NCBI GenBank assembly: GCA_951406725.2 | Contig: OX597827.1 | Location: forward strand, 45,322,001-45,386,000 | Source: Octopus vulgaris | Lineage: Eukaryota | DNA length: 64,000 nucleotides | Reading direction: 5' to 3' | Shown here: piece after piece, positions 40,830 through 56,276 of the stretch | How the letters are laid out: each line of letters starts with the position of its first letter | Numbering within the stretch: the stretch's first letter is position 1 | Notes under the pieces: generated by a model | What the model was told of the DNA's origin: nothing | Databases searched by the model: none | What the model saw: only the letters and a program-made list of their open reading frames with translations | Position numbers and translations under genes: made by a program

Positions 40830-41205
40830 TTTTATCTTGTTATTTGTTTCAGGCATTGGACTACAACTATTCAGGAGCACCTCCTTGAAAGGTTTGGTCG
40901 ACCAAATGCAGCACAGTTCTTATTGTATCAAACAATTTGCCGAACCTCTAGGTTACTGGAAGCACCGGTGGTATTATAGCAAGGATGCATATATACATGC
41001 GTGCACACGCGAGCATGTATATGCATGTATACAACGGGCATCAGCACAGTTTTTCTTTGTTAAATTCATGAGCAACGAAATTGGTCAGTTGGAACTATAA
41101 CAAAAAAAAACAAACAAACAAATATTGCCCTAGGCACCACGCAGGAGATTGAACTCCACACCACACGGTTATAAAGCGAACTACTTAACGACACAGGCAT
41201 ACCTG
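40830..41205 (-). mobile_element. Old, diverged SINE family A relative
   Basis: Colinear degenerate motifs tttgtttcag, ggagcacc, ttgccgaacc, ttgcccta.gcaccacgcag. Confidence 0.6.
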
Positions 41206-41370
41206 AGAAACACACTCATATATAGACACATACATACATGTAAATTTAAAGTGAGTTATATAAAACATTAAAGAAATATGATTACATTATATAAGAAATT
41301 TAAAATGTTTAATATAATAATACGTACATACATGTGTACGTATCTGCGTGCGTATGTATGTGTGCGTAAT

Positions 41371-41507
<137 letters not shown>

Positions 41508-41776
41508 GAATATGTATATAATCTAAACAATAAATATCGCATATGTATGTATACATATTATCTTTTATCCTTTACATGTCCTCCCTCTCTCTCTCCCTGT
41601 ACACGCGCACGCTTACACACACACACACGCGCACGCACAATATTTGTGGGATAATAACAAAAATAAATATACTGCATATTCATTGCGAGCAACAATTAAA
41701 AATGCAATAAAATACAATAGACATCTTAAAAATATAAATGTACACGGGAAAGTATATAAACACATCACAAATCTGT

Positions 41777-41862
<86 letters not shown>

Positions 41863-42445
41863 TAGATATATGTATTAGAAAATATTATATATATGCTTAT
41901 ATACAAACATATGTACCAAAATATAAATATATCAATATATGAAATAAAATATATCAAAAAATATAATATACGATATGCATTCCTACACACCTTCGTGTGT
42001 GTGTGTCTGTGTGTGTGTTTGTGTGTGAAAGATAAAAATCTAATTAAATACAAAAGCGGCGAAACAATAGAGATATTTATATAACAGAATGAAATATCTA
42101 ATGAGAACTGGAAAAAAAAGTGTAATGAAGGAATAATTTATATAACAGGAAAAAGAAGATGGAGTCGAATGAAACTAAAACGATCGTTATTAAACATCTG
42201 TGCATGCATGTATGTATGCATGTATGTATGCATGCATGTATGTATGTATGTATGTATGTATGTATGTATGTATGTATGTATGTATGTATGTATGTATGTA
42301 TGTATGCATGTATGAGTGTATGTATGTATTCAAGTATGCATCTATGTATGAACGTATGTATGCATCGGTGTACGATGTAAGCTTGTATGTATGAATGCAT
42401 GTGCATATATGTATGTACGTATGTGTATACATGTATATATACATG

Positions 42446-42535
<90 letters not shown>

Positions 42536-43259
42536 GATGCATGTATGTACTTACATAGACATAGATATATATACATACATACATACATACAAACATGTAT
42601 GTACGTGTGTGTGTGTATATATATATGGATGTATATATTCATAAACATACATATGCATAAAGCATATGCAAACATATGCATACATAGATATATGCATACA
42701 CGTACATGCATACATTGACAAGTGCATACAAACATGCACACACAAGCAGACATACATACATACTAACACACACACACAAGCAGACATACATACATACTTA
42801 CGCACATACACATACATACATACATGCATGCACATACATACATGCATGTATACATACATGCATACATACACATACATACAAGCATACATACATGCATACA
42901 GTCACATACATACATACATACATGCATGCATACATGCATGCATACATACATTGACATATATATATATATATATTGACGTCGTTGGAATTATGGATCAAGC
43001 TTCCTAACAAAAGATTTCAAGAGACGAAAGATTGCTTATTAATGAAAGAATAATATTGGTGATGACGACGACTGCGATAATGGAATGAAGTCTATGTAGG
43101 AGAAGAAGAAGAAGAAAAAAAAAGAAGAAGAAGAAGAAGAAGAAGAAGAAGAAGAAGAAGAAGAAGAAGAGGAAGAGGATGATGATGACGACGACGACGA
43201 CGCCGGTGGCTGTCATGACAATCGTAATAGCAATAATGATACAATTAAGAAGAATACCG

Positions 43260-43690
<431 letters not shown>

Positions 43691-43999
43691 TTGATATATA
43701 TATACATATATGCATATATATACATATATGAATATATATACATATATGCACATATATACATATATGCATATATATACACATACATACATAGCTGCACACA
43801 CACACACACACATACACACATTGGCGCAATGTTTTAAATGTGAGTCTTCGGCTGGATTTAACGATGATGATGACGACGACGGCGACGATGATAAAGATGA
43901 TGATAACGATGAGGATGTTGATGATGATGAAGAGGGGAATGACGATAACGATGAAAACGATGATGACGGACGACGATGCCGACGATGATGATGATACAT

Positions 44000-46000
44000 A
44001 CTTATAATATTGGTTTCTAACATAATCCGTATCTTTGGTAGATAGATGCGGCAGACCGCCGAGGCAGACATCGGAGTTCATCGTCGGTCGATCTTCGCGA
44101 GTAGTTTTTCAAAGTCCTGCTGGAAAATCATACTTCTTTGCTGCCAGTCAAATAGCATTTGCTGATGCAGTCTCAAAGATCTAAATGTGGATTCGTTGTC
44201 AATTTACGCCACAGACACTCGGGCCCAATGAATGGTCTTCTGTCCTTCGGGTTTCATAACAAGTGCTCAAGCACGAACAGTGCATCCTTCGTTTGTCACC
44301 ATTGAAGATATGGCAGAGGAATATACTCATCACTAGTACGTTGTATTCGATGTCTTGTAACCAGGAGTTGTCAAAAATTAATTGGTCAAAAATTAATTGC
44401 AATAATTGCAATAAATTAATTTACTGCTAAACTCTTTTCAATTGCAATAATTTATTGCGAAGCTACGATTATTGCAATAATAAGGTGGGTGCTAGCCAAC
44501 TACGTTATATTAATACAGCATTCATTTTGCCAACGACTAGCTTGGTTGAAATGTTCTTCAGGGTAGCAACGAATGCCTTCGATGATACAAGACATCAATT
44601 ATCACCCGTATATCTGGAGATGCAACTGCTTTTTAAGAGTAAATGATCATCTTTGGGATAACGAACTTGTTTCGCATATCGTTTCATCCAATCCCCTCAC
44701 GTAAATTGTTAAATGCATACTCATTTTAATTGCTAATAGTATGAAACCGTCCTTTTCCCATTCATTGGTTCTTTTCTGTCTTGATTGGGGTGGTATGGGC
44801 CCTAAGGGGAGTGTTGTAGGCATGTTTTTCCATCGTAGCTTACATCACACATTGGTGGTCAATTTTGTCATTCTGGCAGTCGGTGTAAGAATTTTTTAGA
44901 AAATTGCGGGTCATCCAAACATCTTTCGGACAGCAAAGAAATAGATCAATCAAAATTGAGAAAGTTGATCTTTCATTAGAAATGTACTGTTATTTTTGCA
45001 AAAAATGACATTTTTAGATGCGTAAAAATTTTTACGAGAGGATTTTCTGGAGAGCATTGCAATTATTTATTGCGACGAAAGAAAAATGCAATTAATTTAT
45101 TGCAAAAAAAATAAATAAAATGCAATAAATTCATTGCAACGAAATAAATTTATTGCAAGCTCTGCAATGCATTTTTGACAATGCCTGCTTGCAACACCAT
45201 TTATTGTCTTCTGCTTTTATCGGCTTTTTAGAGCCCTTCTGCAACCATCACCTTGGAATCGAGTTGCACACATCCGTTTCGACTTGTCAAAGACTGATTT
45301 GGAACTTTATTGCTTTGTCGCACTTCTTCATACCAGGCTCATCAAACAGCTTTCATTCCGTCGGCTTTTAGAGAATGGGACATCTTTATAACCATCAACC
45401 CACGTATGTCACGGTTATTCTCACCACCAGCACGCCGTGTACATTACTTTGTTCAAGTGCATGGTTGTCGATTGATTAGCTTATCCTTTAATCCACAACT
45501 GTCTATAGCTACCTCCTTTCTAAAATTAGCGGACACTGCTCTGATTTTTTTTCTTTAGAGAGGCCCCTTCCACCTGTTGTTAATAGTGGTCCCTGTTATT
45601 TTCTGCTTAAACGATCCTTGAAACATGTTCATATTGAGAAAGACTCATTCAACTTTCAGCTACTTGGTCTTTATCTATTAGTTTTATCTAAGTTAATATC
45701 ACAGTAAAAAAGTACTAATTTGTTGGACGCATCACCAACAACACAAAACTGTGGATAGCTTAAACTAAGCCTATTGACTAACTTAATGAACATTCTTGAA
45801 AATCCAGATGATACCTGTATGACAAATGGAACTGCTTAGTCAAATTTGAGAGGGTCTTTCAGATTCATCTTCTCTCAAATGCTCCCAGACATTCCCTGGT
45901 TTGAACAAAAATGCTATCCCTGTCGCCCTCTGATACTAGTGTACAATGTGTTCCAGCGTAGTTTCCAGATGCTGCTTATCTAAGGCACCACCGCTTCACT
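44000..46000 (-). mobile_element. Highly degraded Tx1/L1-like LINE (APE C-terminus and linker), interrupted by a hAT MITE
   Basis: Hand-translated patches YPQFCVVG..NKLV...LDK, KLNES (WKLN.S-like), LKADGMKA...EVRQSNK..QSL..RNG and LGGLPHLS, in the expected order. Confidence 0.5.
44362..45187. mobile_element. Non-autonomous hAT DNA transposon
   Basis: 17-bp TIRs CAGGAGTTGTCAAAAAT / ATTTTTGACAATGCCTG; 8-bp TSD CTTGTAAC/CTTGCAAC; clustered subterminal TGCAATAA/TTATTGC repeats at both ends. Confidence 0.9.
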
Positions 46001-46807
46001 ATATAGATAGATAAATAGGTAGATAAATAGATAGATAGATCGATAGATAGATAGGAACGAGGGAAAAGTAGGCCAACACGTACAACAATTAGTAGGTCGA
46101 TAACGAAGGAGTAAAATCAAGTGATTAAGAGATATAATTTTGTTGTAGAGATATAATTTGATTGAAAATATTTTTGACCGTCTAAATGTCTAAGATCAAA
46201 GTAAATAAAGTCTAATTAACCACAAGTCATTAATTTTGGCAATAAATTACCATCTTTGCATACAGTACACAAGCCTAGTTTTACTGAGTGTCTGAAATTG
46301 TGATTCCCGACTTTTGTTTTTATTTTCCACGCCTATCGCTAGTAGCTCGACAACTTATCCCCATGTGTCCCCTTAATATCATTACCATTATACTGTAGAA
46401 TATAATGGAAAATATACAATAAACAATATATAATTAAAGGTAATAACGATATTGACATTTAGAAGAAAGTAAACGACAGGAATTACTTATAGGAGGTGAA
46501 AAGTAAATTGAATCACGTCAATAAATTGATGATACTTGTGTTAAAAATCTGAGGTACGATGAAATAAAAAATCCATTTCAGAGAGATTTGAACTTAGAAT
46601 GATGAGTATATTAGCAAGAGACCTTTTGGTTTCCGTCACTACTTCACCTACTATAAATAGTGTTACTAGACAAGGTAAGGGAGTCAGTGTTAGAATACAA
46701 GATAAAGAGTTTTGTTAGAAAAGATAGAAAAATGGTTTTATTTGGCAGGTTAGAAACGTTAGTATAGAAGACAAAGAGGTGTTACTATCAACGACAAATA
46801 ATTATTT

Positions 46808-47006
46808 CAGATTTTTGCCACAAGGGCAGCTTGAAGTATTGTCGATTACATCAACCTCACTGTTCAACCAGTACTCATTTTATCAACTCCGAAAGGATGA
46901 ATGGCAAAGTTGACCTCGGTGGAATTTGAACACAGAACGTAGCGACGGGCGAAATATCGCTAAGCATTTCATCCAGCGTGCTAACGATTCTGCCAGCTTG
47001 GCGCCT
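46808..47006 (-). mobile_element. SINE family C monomer
   Basis: Reverse complement of head (aaggcgccaagctggcagaatcgttagca) and core. Confidence 0.85.
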
Positions 47007-47049
47007 TATGAATGATAAATAATGATAAAATGTTTTTAGACGAAATAAA

Positions 47050-47730
47050 AGCGTGTTGTTAAGCAATTTGTAGTGTTTCTGGACAAGATAAACAGAAACT
47101 TATGAAATAAGAGAGTGCTGCCATACAAGATAAACAGAAGCGCTAATAGACAAGATAGAAAAAAAGTGTTATTATATAAAGTGTTATATATAAAGAAATG
47201 TTACTAGATAAATAAAGAAACAATCCAGGATAAATAGTATGTGATAGAGGAGTGTTATTAGGCGAGATGAAAAAGTGTTTCTGGACAAGATAAACAGAGG
47301 AGTTATTGTACGAGATAAAGTTCTGTAACAAGACAGAAATATTATTAGAGAAAGCAAAGAGTTATTATTAGATCAAATAAGATACTATACAAGATAAATA
47401 GTGAACTATACGTGATAACGTATGTTATTAGACAAGATAAAAGAGTGTTATGAAGTAGATATAAAATTATTTCTGGACAAGATAAACAAACGTGTTAATT
47501 GTCTCAATAAAGGAGTGTTACAAAACAAAACAGAGAAGAGGTATTAGAAAAAAATTAGATAAATACTATGAGATAAACTAAGCATACTATAGAGGCTACT
47601 ATACAAAATAGAGATGCCGTACGTAATAAAGAGTGTTATTAGACAAGATAAAATAGTGATATTTATGGAAGATAAAGAAGTGTAGAGAATTGTCATTAAA
47701 GAAGAAATGTTACACAAGATTATGTAGTGA
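47050..47730. repeat. Degenerate ~23-bp minisatellite (gtgttattagacaagataaaaga-like)
   Basis: ACAAGATA and gtgtta recur many times; related units at 46660-46800. Confidence 0.7.
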
Positions 47731-48127
47731 AAGTAGACAATTTAAAGACGCACTTCTATGAGTATTACAAAAGATGGATTAAAATACTTGGAAAGTAAAT
47801 CTAAAATGAATCGCAAGAAGTGTTCCAGGTTGGACACAGTCCAATGGATGAAGCCAGTGAAGGAATAAAGAAGAAGACTTAATGAATTCTTTCACTAATA
47901 ATGTAGCCGTTAAGTAATGTTAACATCATAAACCATTGCAGTCATAGACTGACAGATGATGCTTTTGGTAAACAGTCACACGCACATACAAGAACATATG
48001 CATAAAATATGGAACGCTTTACAAATTTATGTTATCCGTTCGCATACACACACACACACACACACACACTGACACACACAGACACACACACAAACTCATA
48101 CACACAAATACACACATATATATGTAT

Positions 48128-48161
<34 letters not shown>

Positions 48162-48162
48162 C

Positions 48163-48242
<80 letters not shown>

Positions 48243-48950
48243 AATAATCATATGAGAGCAAAAGAATGAATGAGACCTCGATATTATGTAAAATAGAGGA
48301 ATTTTTCTATAACATAATTGACACATATTATATTTATATATATATACATATATATACATACATACATATATATATATACACACACACACGCACACACATA
48401 TATATATATATGAATATATATATATATATATATACATATATATAAGTGTGTGTTTATTTATTTATGTGTACAGACACAGACACAGACACACACACACATA
48501 TGTACATATATGTGTAAGTATGAGGAGTAACAAAAAGTAAAGCTCTGTCCAACGTGAGCCTCCTTCGGTTCTTTCTGTTACGTTACCGGAAAAATTGTTT
48601 CAACAAATATTTACCAAGAAGTTACAATAGGAAAGCATAAGGTATCATTTCATTGCAGGCTTCAATGATTAGGTATTGTGAATGTATTTTGTATCAACTA
48701 TCATATTTATATACCTAATCGGAATTTTAATGTTTTGTACCATTAACAATAACAGCCACCGATATCGGAAAGAAATCAATATTGTATTCTTATGTTCCAT
48801 AAGGAAGAATTTCTCAACATACGTGGTTAATATTTCAATGTATTATGTTCCATCGGCTACTAAAACCACAAATATTTGAAAGCTATTGTGTTCAGACAAA
48901 TTCACACGCACACACACTCACACACACACACACATATATATGTAATATAA

Positions 48951-49047
48951 AGACGGCGAGCTGGTGGAATTGTTAGCACGCAGGACGAAATGCATAGCGG
49001 CATTTCGCCCGTCGCTACTTCTTGAGTTCAAATTCCTCCGAGGTCGA
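48951..49047 (+). mobile_element. SINE family C 5' fragment
   Basis: ggcgagctggtggaattgttagcacg...gagttcaaattcc.ccgaggtcga. Confidence 0.8.
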
Positions 49048-49326
49048 TATAATCCGCCTTTCCCCCAAATTTTCAGGGCCTTGTGCTCAGAGTAGAAATA
49101 ATATATATACATATATTTAATGTAGGATAACATTTTTTTCGAAAAAAAATTTTTCAATGGCCAGCATATTAAAAAATACCTTTAAAGGTTAAATTTATAA
49201 ACAACTTATAAATGAGGGCAAACGAAAAAATTTTCTAATGCCATATGCTGAAAATTAGACATATTGTCCATAACCATTATAATTTTTCACAGAACGCACG
49301 CTACTCCTTTTTTGGAGTATATAAGT

Positions 49327-49414
<88 letters not shown>

Positions 49415-49602
49415 ATAATCGACTTGCCTAACTTACTTGTCCTTACATTTATTCCTCTTCGGGTCAAGTTCAAATCTCTTGAGCACTTCGAAGTGTGTTT
49501 TATATAGAAAATACCTGTCTCTAACCTATAAACTACGCACACACACACACACACACACACATACATAAATGTCATATTAATATCTCTCTATCTCTCTCTA
49601 TA

Positions 49603-49665
<63 letters not shown>

Positions 49666-49748
49666 AATCTAAAGAAGAACAAGCACAGAAAAACAACAGC
49701 ACGAGGACGTGATACATGTAAAGTATTAGCAGACGTTCAGGGAAGGAA

Positions 49749-49797
<49 letters not shown>

Positions 49798-50131
49798 CAT
49801 ACATTTGAAGAAAATGAATACATAAATGAAATTAGCAATTTATCATCATAGTCTAGTCAAATTAATAAGTTCATTAATTTGACTTGACTATGATAAATGA
49901 TTCTTCGAATTTTTAAACATTTTTCTCCTATATCGAAAATAATGTAAATCTCCATAGCGATAACTGGAATACCAGAGGTGTAAATTACTAATATTGAAGA
50001 AGAACCAACGATAATCATGAGTACATATACACGTGAAAAATTTCCAGTATCGTAAATCGATATTAGTGAAAAACTGGTGTATGCTTTGGATAATATATCC
50101 CTAAGAAAGAACAACTTTCTATGCAGACTAA

Positions 50132-50176
<45 letters not shown>

Positions 50177-50179
<3 letters not shown>

Positions 50180-50445
50180 GGGACAAGAACTCAAAACATC
50201 CAGACAGTTAGGTGATGCAATAAAGGAGGACAACAAAACATTCAGATAGACGATACAAAGAAAACAAGGACCGAAGTTTTCTTTCCTCAGTTGAGTTCCA
50301 GATTATCTTTGCAATTTCAGCTGGTTATACTCGAGATTGCCCCAGCCTGACCAGCCCCAAGGAAAAACTAAGCTAAGAGTACTAGATTCTTTGCAAGAAA
50401 GCAGCGAATGTATACGAAAGTAAAGAAGAAAAAAACGGAGAATAT
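50177..50445. mobile_element. TA-embedded short element, same family as the 50673 hairpin
   Basis: aatgggacaagaac.caaaacatcc.gaca...gacgatacaaag is the inverted match of 50850-50930. Confidence 0.75.
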
Positions 50446-50469
50446 GTGTTTGTGTGTGTATGTATGCAT

Positions 50470-50542
<73 letters not shown>

Positions 50543-50623
50543 CGTATGTATGTGTATATGATTAACTTTCTCTTTATTGATATCCCGAAAATTCCACACA
50601 GCCTTGATTTTTTGTCTCATTTC

Positions 50624-50672
<49 letters not shown>

Positions 50673-50676
<4 letters not shown>

Positions 50677-50886
50677 GGACAACAAAACATCCAGATAGAC
50701 GATACAAAAAAAAACACGAAGGGGTCATTCGAAGCCCCCACCCTCAGTCAAGAACCGGATCATCCTCGCAATTTCGGCTGATTAATCTTGCGAGGATGAT
50801 CGGTTCTTGACTGAGGGTGAAGGGCTTCGAATGACCTGTCCGTGTTTTGCTTTGTATCGTCTGTCTGGATGTTTTGTTATCCCCTT
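50673..50886. repeat. ~99-bp imperfect inverted repeat with a 16-nt spacer
   Basis: Arms 50673-50771 and 50788-50886; left end abuts (TA)n. Confidence 0.9.
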
Positions 50887-50970
50887 TTGTGTCACCTGGT
50901 TGTCCGGATGTTTTGCGTTCTTGTCCCATTTTGTATTTTATTTTATATATATAGCGGCGTACGTATACTT

Positions 50971-51044
<74 letters not shown>

Positions 51045-51046
<2 letters not shown>

Positions 51047-51242
51047 TTGCTTGCGCAGTACCACCGCTTGACAACCGCTGTTGGTTTGTGTACACCCCCG
51101 TAACTTAGAGGTTGGCAAGAGAAACCGTTAGAATAAGTACAGGGCCTTAAAGTAATAAATACTGGAGTCAGTTCGTTCGACTAAAATCCTATGTAGTACC
51201 CAAAAATGGCCGCAGTCCAATGACTGCTACAAGTAAAAGAAT
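51045..51242 (+). mobile_element. Diverged SINE family A 3' half
   Basis: cgcttgacaacc...ccccgtaacttag...tagaataagtac...atggccgcagtc.aatgactg. Confidence 0.75.
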
Positions 51243-51869
51243 ATAATTCGTCTCTGAATAAGCGTTAGCAGGCCAAAAAGGACATAAAAACATTATATAT
51301 GAGAGAATTTATATGGGAGAGAACATACTACAACAGAGAATTTTATATGTATATATACTTATGCATTGCAAAGTAATCGAAATCACTTCCATGTTTGCAA
51401 ATAACAACCAGTCCCATGAATTGAATCAAGAACAGTTTAAAAGCTAAGAGCTTCAACGCAAAGAAATAATTAAATTTAAGATTTAATTAGCATTAGGAGA
51501 ATCTGAAATCATATTAGTTAATCTAGTCAAAATTTTATCGTCAATGTTATCATATCACAGTGAGATAACAACCAGCTTTGTAGGACATTTCTCTTCCTAT
51601 TTAACAAAAGATTTTCTGAATCAATAGAAATTCTGTCAATTATTTAATAGGAATACTATAAAAGTGAACTACAGTTACATACTGAGCTTATCAAGAATCA
51701 TTTACAGTTACAAACTTAAAAATTACGTCATGAAATTAAGAACTATTTAATTGTCATAATATCGTAATATGGAATCTTGTTCTTACAAGAGAAATGGCTC
51801 GTACAAAGGCATTCGTGACCGTACCGATGTCTCCGCTGCTGCTACAAAACGAAAAAAAAACTATAAAAA

Positions 51870-52140
51870 GGCTCACAGATCGTTCATTCAAAAAAAGTGC
51901 CTGATCCAACACAGCAATTCATTCCACAATCACCATCAAGTACACACCACTGCAGTTTCGAAATATATTTGGAAATCAAAAGATCAGTAGAGCAACATCC
52001 ACAGGGTTGTTTAGACCCACTAGAAATAACACCCAAATCCCTCACAAATGACAGAAATTTTGTCCTGAATGCACAAAAAGCCGAGATGATTGCGTCTCAA
52101 TGAAGGGAGATGTAGAGTAGAAAAAAAAGATAAGCACAAG
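51870..52140 (+). mobile_element. Possible degraded Naiad-like GIY-YIG remnant
   Basis: QHSNSFHNHHQVHTTAVSKYIWKSKD matches the H..SF.....T.LSKYIW.LK pattern also seen at 58950-59020. Confidence 0.5.
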
Positions 52141-52513
52141 GTGTGAAGTGGTAATAGGTTTAATTACTAAATGAATTGCAAAACAACAGGAGTCATGTAA
52201 ACACCTTCATTAACGTATAGTCGTTTTGGCTATAAGGAACTGTGGGTGCAGCCAGAGTTGAGTGCCATTCCGACATATTATGGCTGCGGTTTACACCCCC
52301 ATACACACATTGTCCCTACAACACAATTGTGTCATTGTAGGGGCAATGCAGTGTTCTTGAAAAGAAAGAAAAATTATGAATTGCGATTGTTCAGAATTAT
52401 AAATACATATATCCACCAAACATACACACATACACATACATATATGTGTGTGTGTGTGTGCGTATGTGTGTGCATAGTATTTATATATATGTATATGTAT
52501 AAATATATGTATG

Positions 52514-52566
<53 letters not shown>

Positions 52567-52574
52567 ATATATAT

Positions 52575-52787
52575 ATCTTTTCTTTTATCCTTTATTTGTT
52601 TCAGTAATTTGACTGCTTTGAAGGGTTTAGGGTCGATGAGATCGATCCCAGGGCAAATTTTTAAAGCCTAGTACTTATTCTATCGATCTCTTAGGCTATG
52701 TTACAGGGTCATAAACACACAAGTACCGGTTGTCATGCAATGACAAGCACAGACAAAAATACACACAAACACTCACACACTACACAC

Positions 52788-52855
<68 letters not shown>

Positions 52856-53010
52856 GAAGGACTTCCTTCAGTTTCCGTCAACCAAATCTATTCACAAGGC
52901 TTTGGTTAGCTCGAAACTAGAGAAGAATACCCTTGCCCAAGGTGCGACGTGAGGCACTGAACCCGAAGCCATGTTGTTGGGAAGCAAGCTTCTTACTATA
53001 CAACTACGGC
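52575..53010 (-). mobile_element. Diverged SINE family A
   Basis: Colinear family A motifs. Confidence 0.8.
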
Positions 53011-53018
53011 ATATATTT

Positions 53019-53076
<58 letters not shown>

Positions 53077-53087
53077 CAAAAGACGAA

Positions 53088-53119
<32 letters not shown>

Positions 53120-53676
53120 CGTATTTTAACCCTTGCCCGTCCAGTAACGGTCTCGTCTGGAATTACTTTTATCCAGTTTCGTATGTCCATTTCCACATTG
53201 CTTGTTCGTCCATTTATTGTTTGTCCGTCTCATTTTGTTATGTTTTGGTCTCATTCCCGGCAAGTTTCTTGCCGGTTGACACTAGAGTGGAAGCAATATT
53301 ATCGATTATGGCACGAAATTGCGTTTTACACTCTTGACCATAACTGACGAGGAGTTGGTGACCTTCTGAATTTGTTTTCCGTTCGTCTGTGCATTTAGTA
53401 TATGTCTTCCCACTTGACCTTCTGTGTCCGTTTGCCGTTCGTTTGTTTATTTCCTATACATTGTTTGACTGATATTTATAGATGTACAGAGAGAGATGGA
53501 GAGAGAGAGAGAGAGAGTGAAACAGAGAGAATGGGAAAGAGAGAGAGAGAGAGAGAGAGGAACGAAACGTGTGTGTTTATATAGACATATATACCAGCTC
53601 AGTTGTCTAATTGAACGTCTGTAAAAGTGAATTCGTATTTGTGTGTATCTGTACGTGTGTGTGTGTCTGTATGTGT

Positions 53677-53715
<39 letters not shown>

Positions 53716-53782
53716 TGTGCGTTTGTGTGTATGAGTGAGTGAGTAAGTGTGTATGTGTGTATCTGTGTATGAGTGACTGAGT

Positions 53783-53835
<53 letters not shown>

Positions 53836-54097
53836 TGTGTGCTGTGTTGAATTGTTAAACTTCCTTTCGCTTTAATATGTTTATTGTCTCTTTTTTGGCT
53901 TCCGTTGCTTCTAATTATTACCTTCGTTCTTTCATGATTCTTTAGTCGCTATTTTATGATGTTGCTAACTGCTACTGATAATGCTGATGATTGAGAGGAT
54001 GCTATTGATGTCTGTAAAGACGATGGCAACGGGCCGGGCATTACGATGGTGTAGATGATAATGACTATGTGTGTGTGTATAAGTATAAATATGTCTG

Positions 54098-54167
<70 letters not shown>

Positions 54168-55330
54168 ATAATAATAATGATATTAGGTAGTATAATATGA
54201 TATAATATAATATTGTATAATGTAGTATAATTCTCTAATTTATATATATTATATATATATGATGATAATGACTATGATGATGATTATGATGATGATTACT
54301 ATGGTGATGATGATGATGTGGAATAGGAGGATGTTGATATTGATGATGATAACAATGGTGGTGGTGGCGGTAGTAAAGAGGATGATGGTGATGATGATAA
54401 TGATGATGATGACGATGACGACGATGACAACGGTGATGCTGACTACGAGTGATATGATGGCGGTAATAATAATGACTTTAAAGAAGAGATCGAGGAGAGA
54501 TTGAAACAGAGGAGGATAGTGACGACGACAACGACGACGACGATGATGATGAATTGGAGGAGGAGGAGGAGGAGGAGGAGTGAGAGAATAATGATGATGA
54601 AGATGGTGATAAACGATTTTAATACTTATGAGGGATGGTTGAAATGCTGGTGTAGTATTTGGAGTCTGTACAATTTCATAGAATTAGAATTGGTAGCGGG
54701 GTTAGTAGTGGTACTAGAGGTAGTGATGGTGATGATAGTGATGATAGTGATTGTAGTCGTAGTGGTGGTGGTAGTGGCGGGCTGGTGGTGGCATTGGCGG
54801 TGCTGCTGCAAAGCGTTGAGATCGACTCAAAGTAGCTTATAGACTTATTGGTTGGATGAAATCATTCTAAGAGTATTCATCCCCCCCTTCTCCTCCCCAC
54901 CTGGCCACCTGTCCGCCTTCCGGACTGCCGTCGCTAACTGACTGATTGTCCGGCTGTCTGACTGATCGTCTGTCAGTCTGTTTGGTTACTTAATCCCTCT
55001 TATCAGCTGCTTACTATTTTCTACCTATGCACATATACACACACACACACAGGTATTCATATATAATATATATTTACATACACATATTTATGCATACATA
55101 TATACATACATATACATATATACTTATATGTAAATACATTTATACATTTTTACATATAGATACATACATATATAAATGTATATATATATATATAAATACA
55201 CATGTATATGTGTGAATATATATATGTATATATATACATATATATATGTATATATATATATTTATATAAAAAATATATACATGCATATATATATATACAT
55301 ATATATATATTCACATATATACCTATATAC

Positions 55331-55406
<76 letters not shown>

Positions 55407-55554
55407 GTATATGTGTGAATATATATATATATGCATATATATTTTTATATATTTATATATATCGATATACATTTGCGTATACATATACGAAAATATATAT
55501 GTTTACGTAGAAACACGTACTTGTGTGTGCCTATAGATGTATGATGTATACACA

Positions 55555-55591
<37 letters not shown>

Positions 55592-56276
55592 GAAATAATC
55601 TTTTTTATCTCCAGCTATATGTCCAGCTCTCTTTCTCTATCTTCTCTCTCTTCCTATGCCTCGACCCCCACCCCACCCTCTCGCATACAGAAACAAACAG
55701 AGTCCAGGCAGAAAGCTTCTTTCTGTTTCCCAGTGTAATATCGGTACTTATCTGTAATACAAGATAAGCAAATTCACATATATTGCATTATCCAACTGAT
55801 AATGCAATAAATAAAACGTGAGATCGCTACTCGTAGTATTTTAATAACTCCGTCGGCAAAACGTAAACACGATGTACTTTAGAGTTGCCATGGAAACTAA
55901 GATGCAGTTTTTCTAGTCCATACCAAATGACCAAGTATAATCTCATCGAATAAGAATGTGAATGAAATAAATATGCAACAAAACAATAAGCCGAAGCATC
56001 AACGACAACGCGACATATATCCAATGCTGGAATGAGATATTGCTGCAATATCAGAGATCAGCTCTTCAAACGCGTTTCAAGGATCAAAAGTCATTTGAGA
56101 TCTCTCGCTAGTAAAGGGCAATAACAGGTACAACGAGAGGTCAAGTTCTGCAAGGAGCATATGTATGTGTGTATGTATGTACGTACGTACGTATGTATGT
56201 ATGTATGTATGTATGTATGTATGTATGTATGTATGTATGTATGTATGTATGTATGTATGTATGTTTGTATGTATGT

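Noticed and set aside
54880-55010. GC-rich patch with E-boxes as an enhancer or promoter
   Set aside because: Short motifs alone are insufficient evidence.
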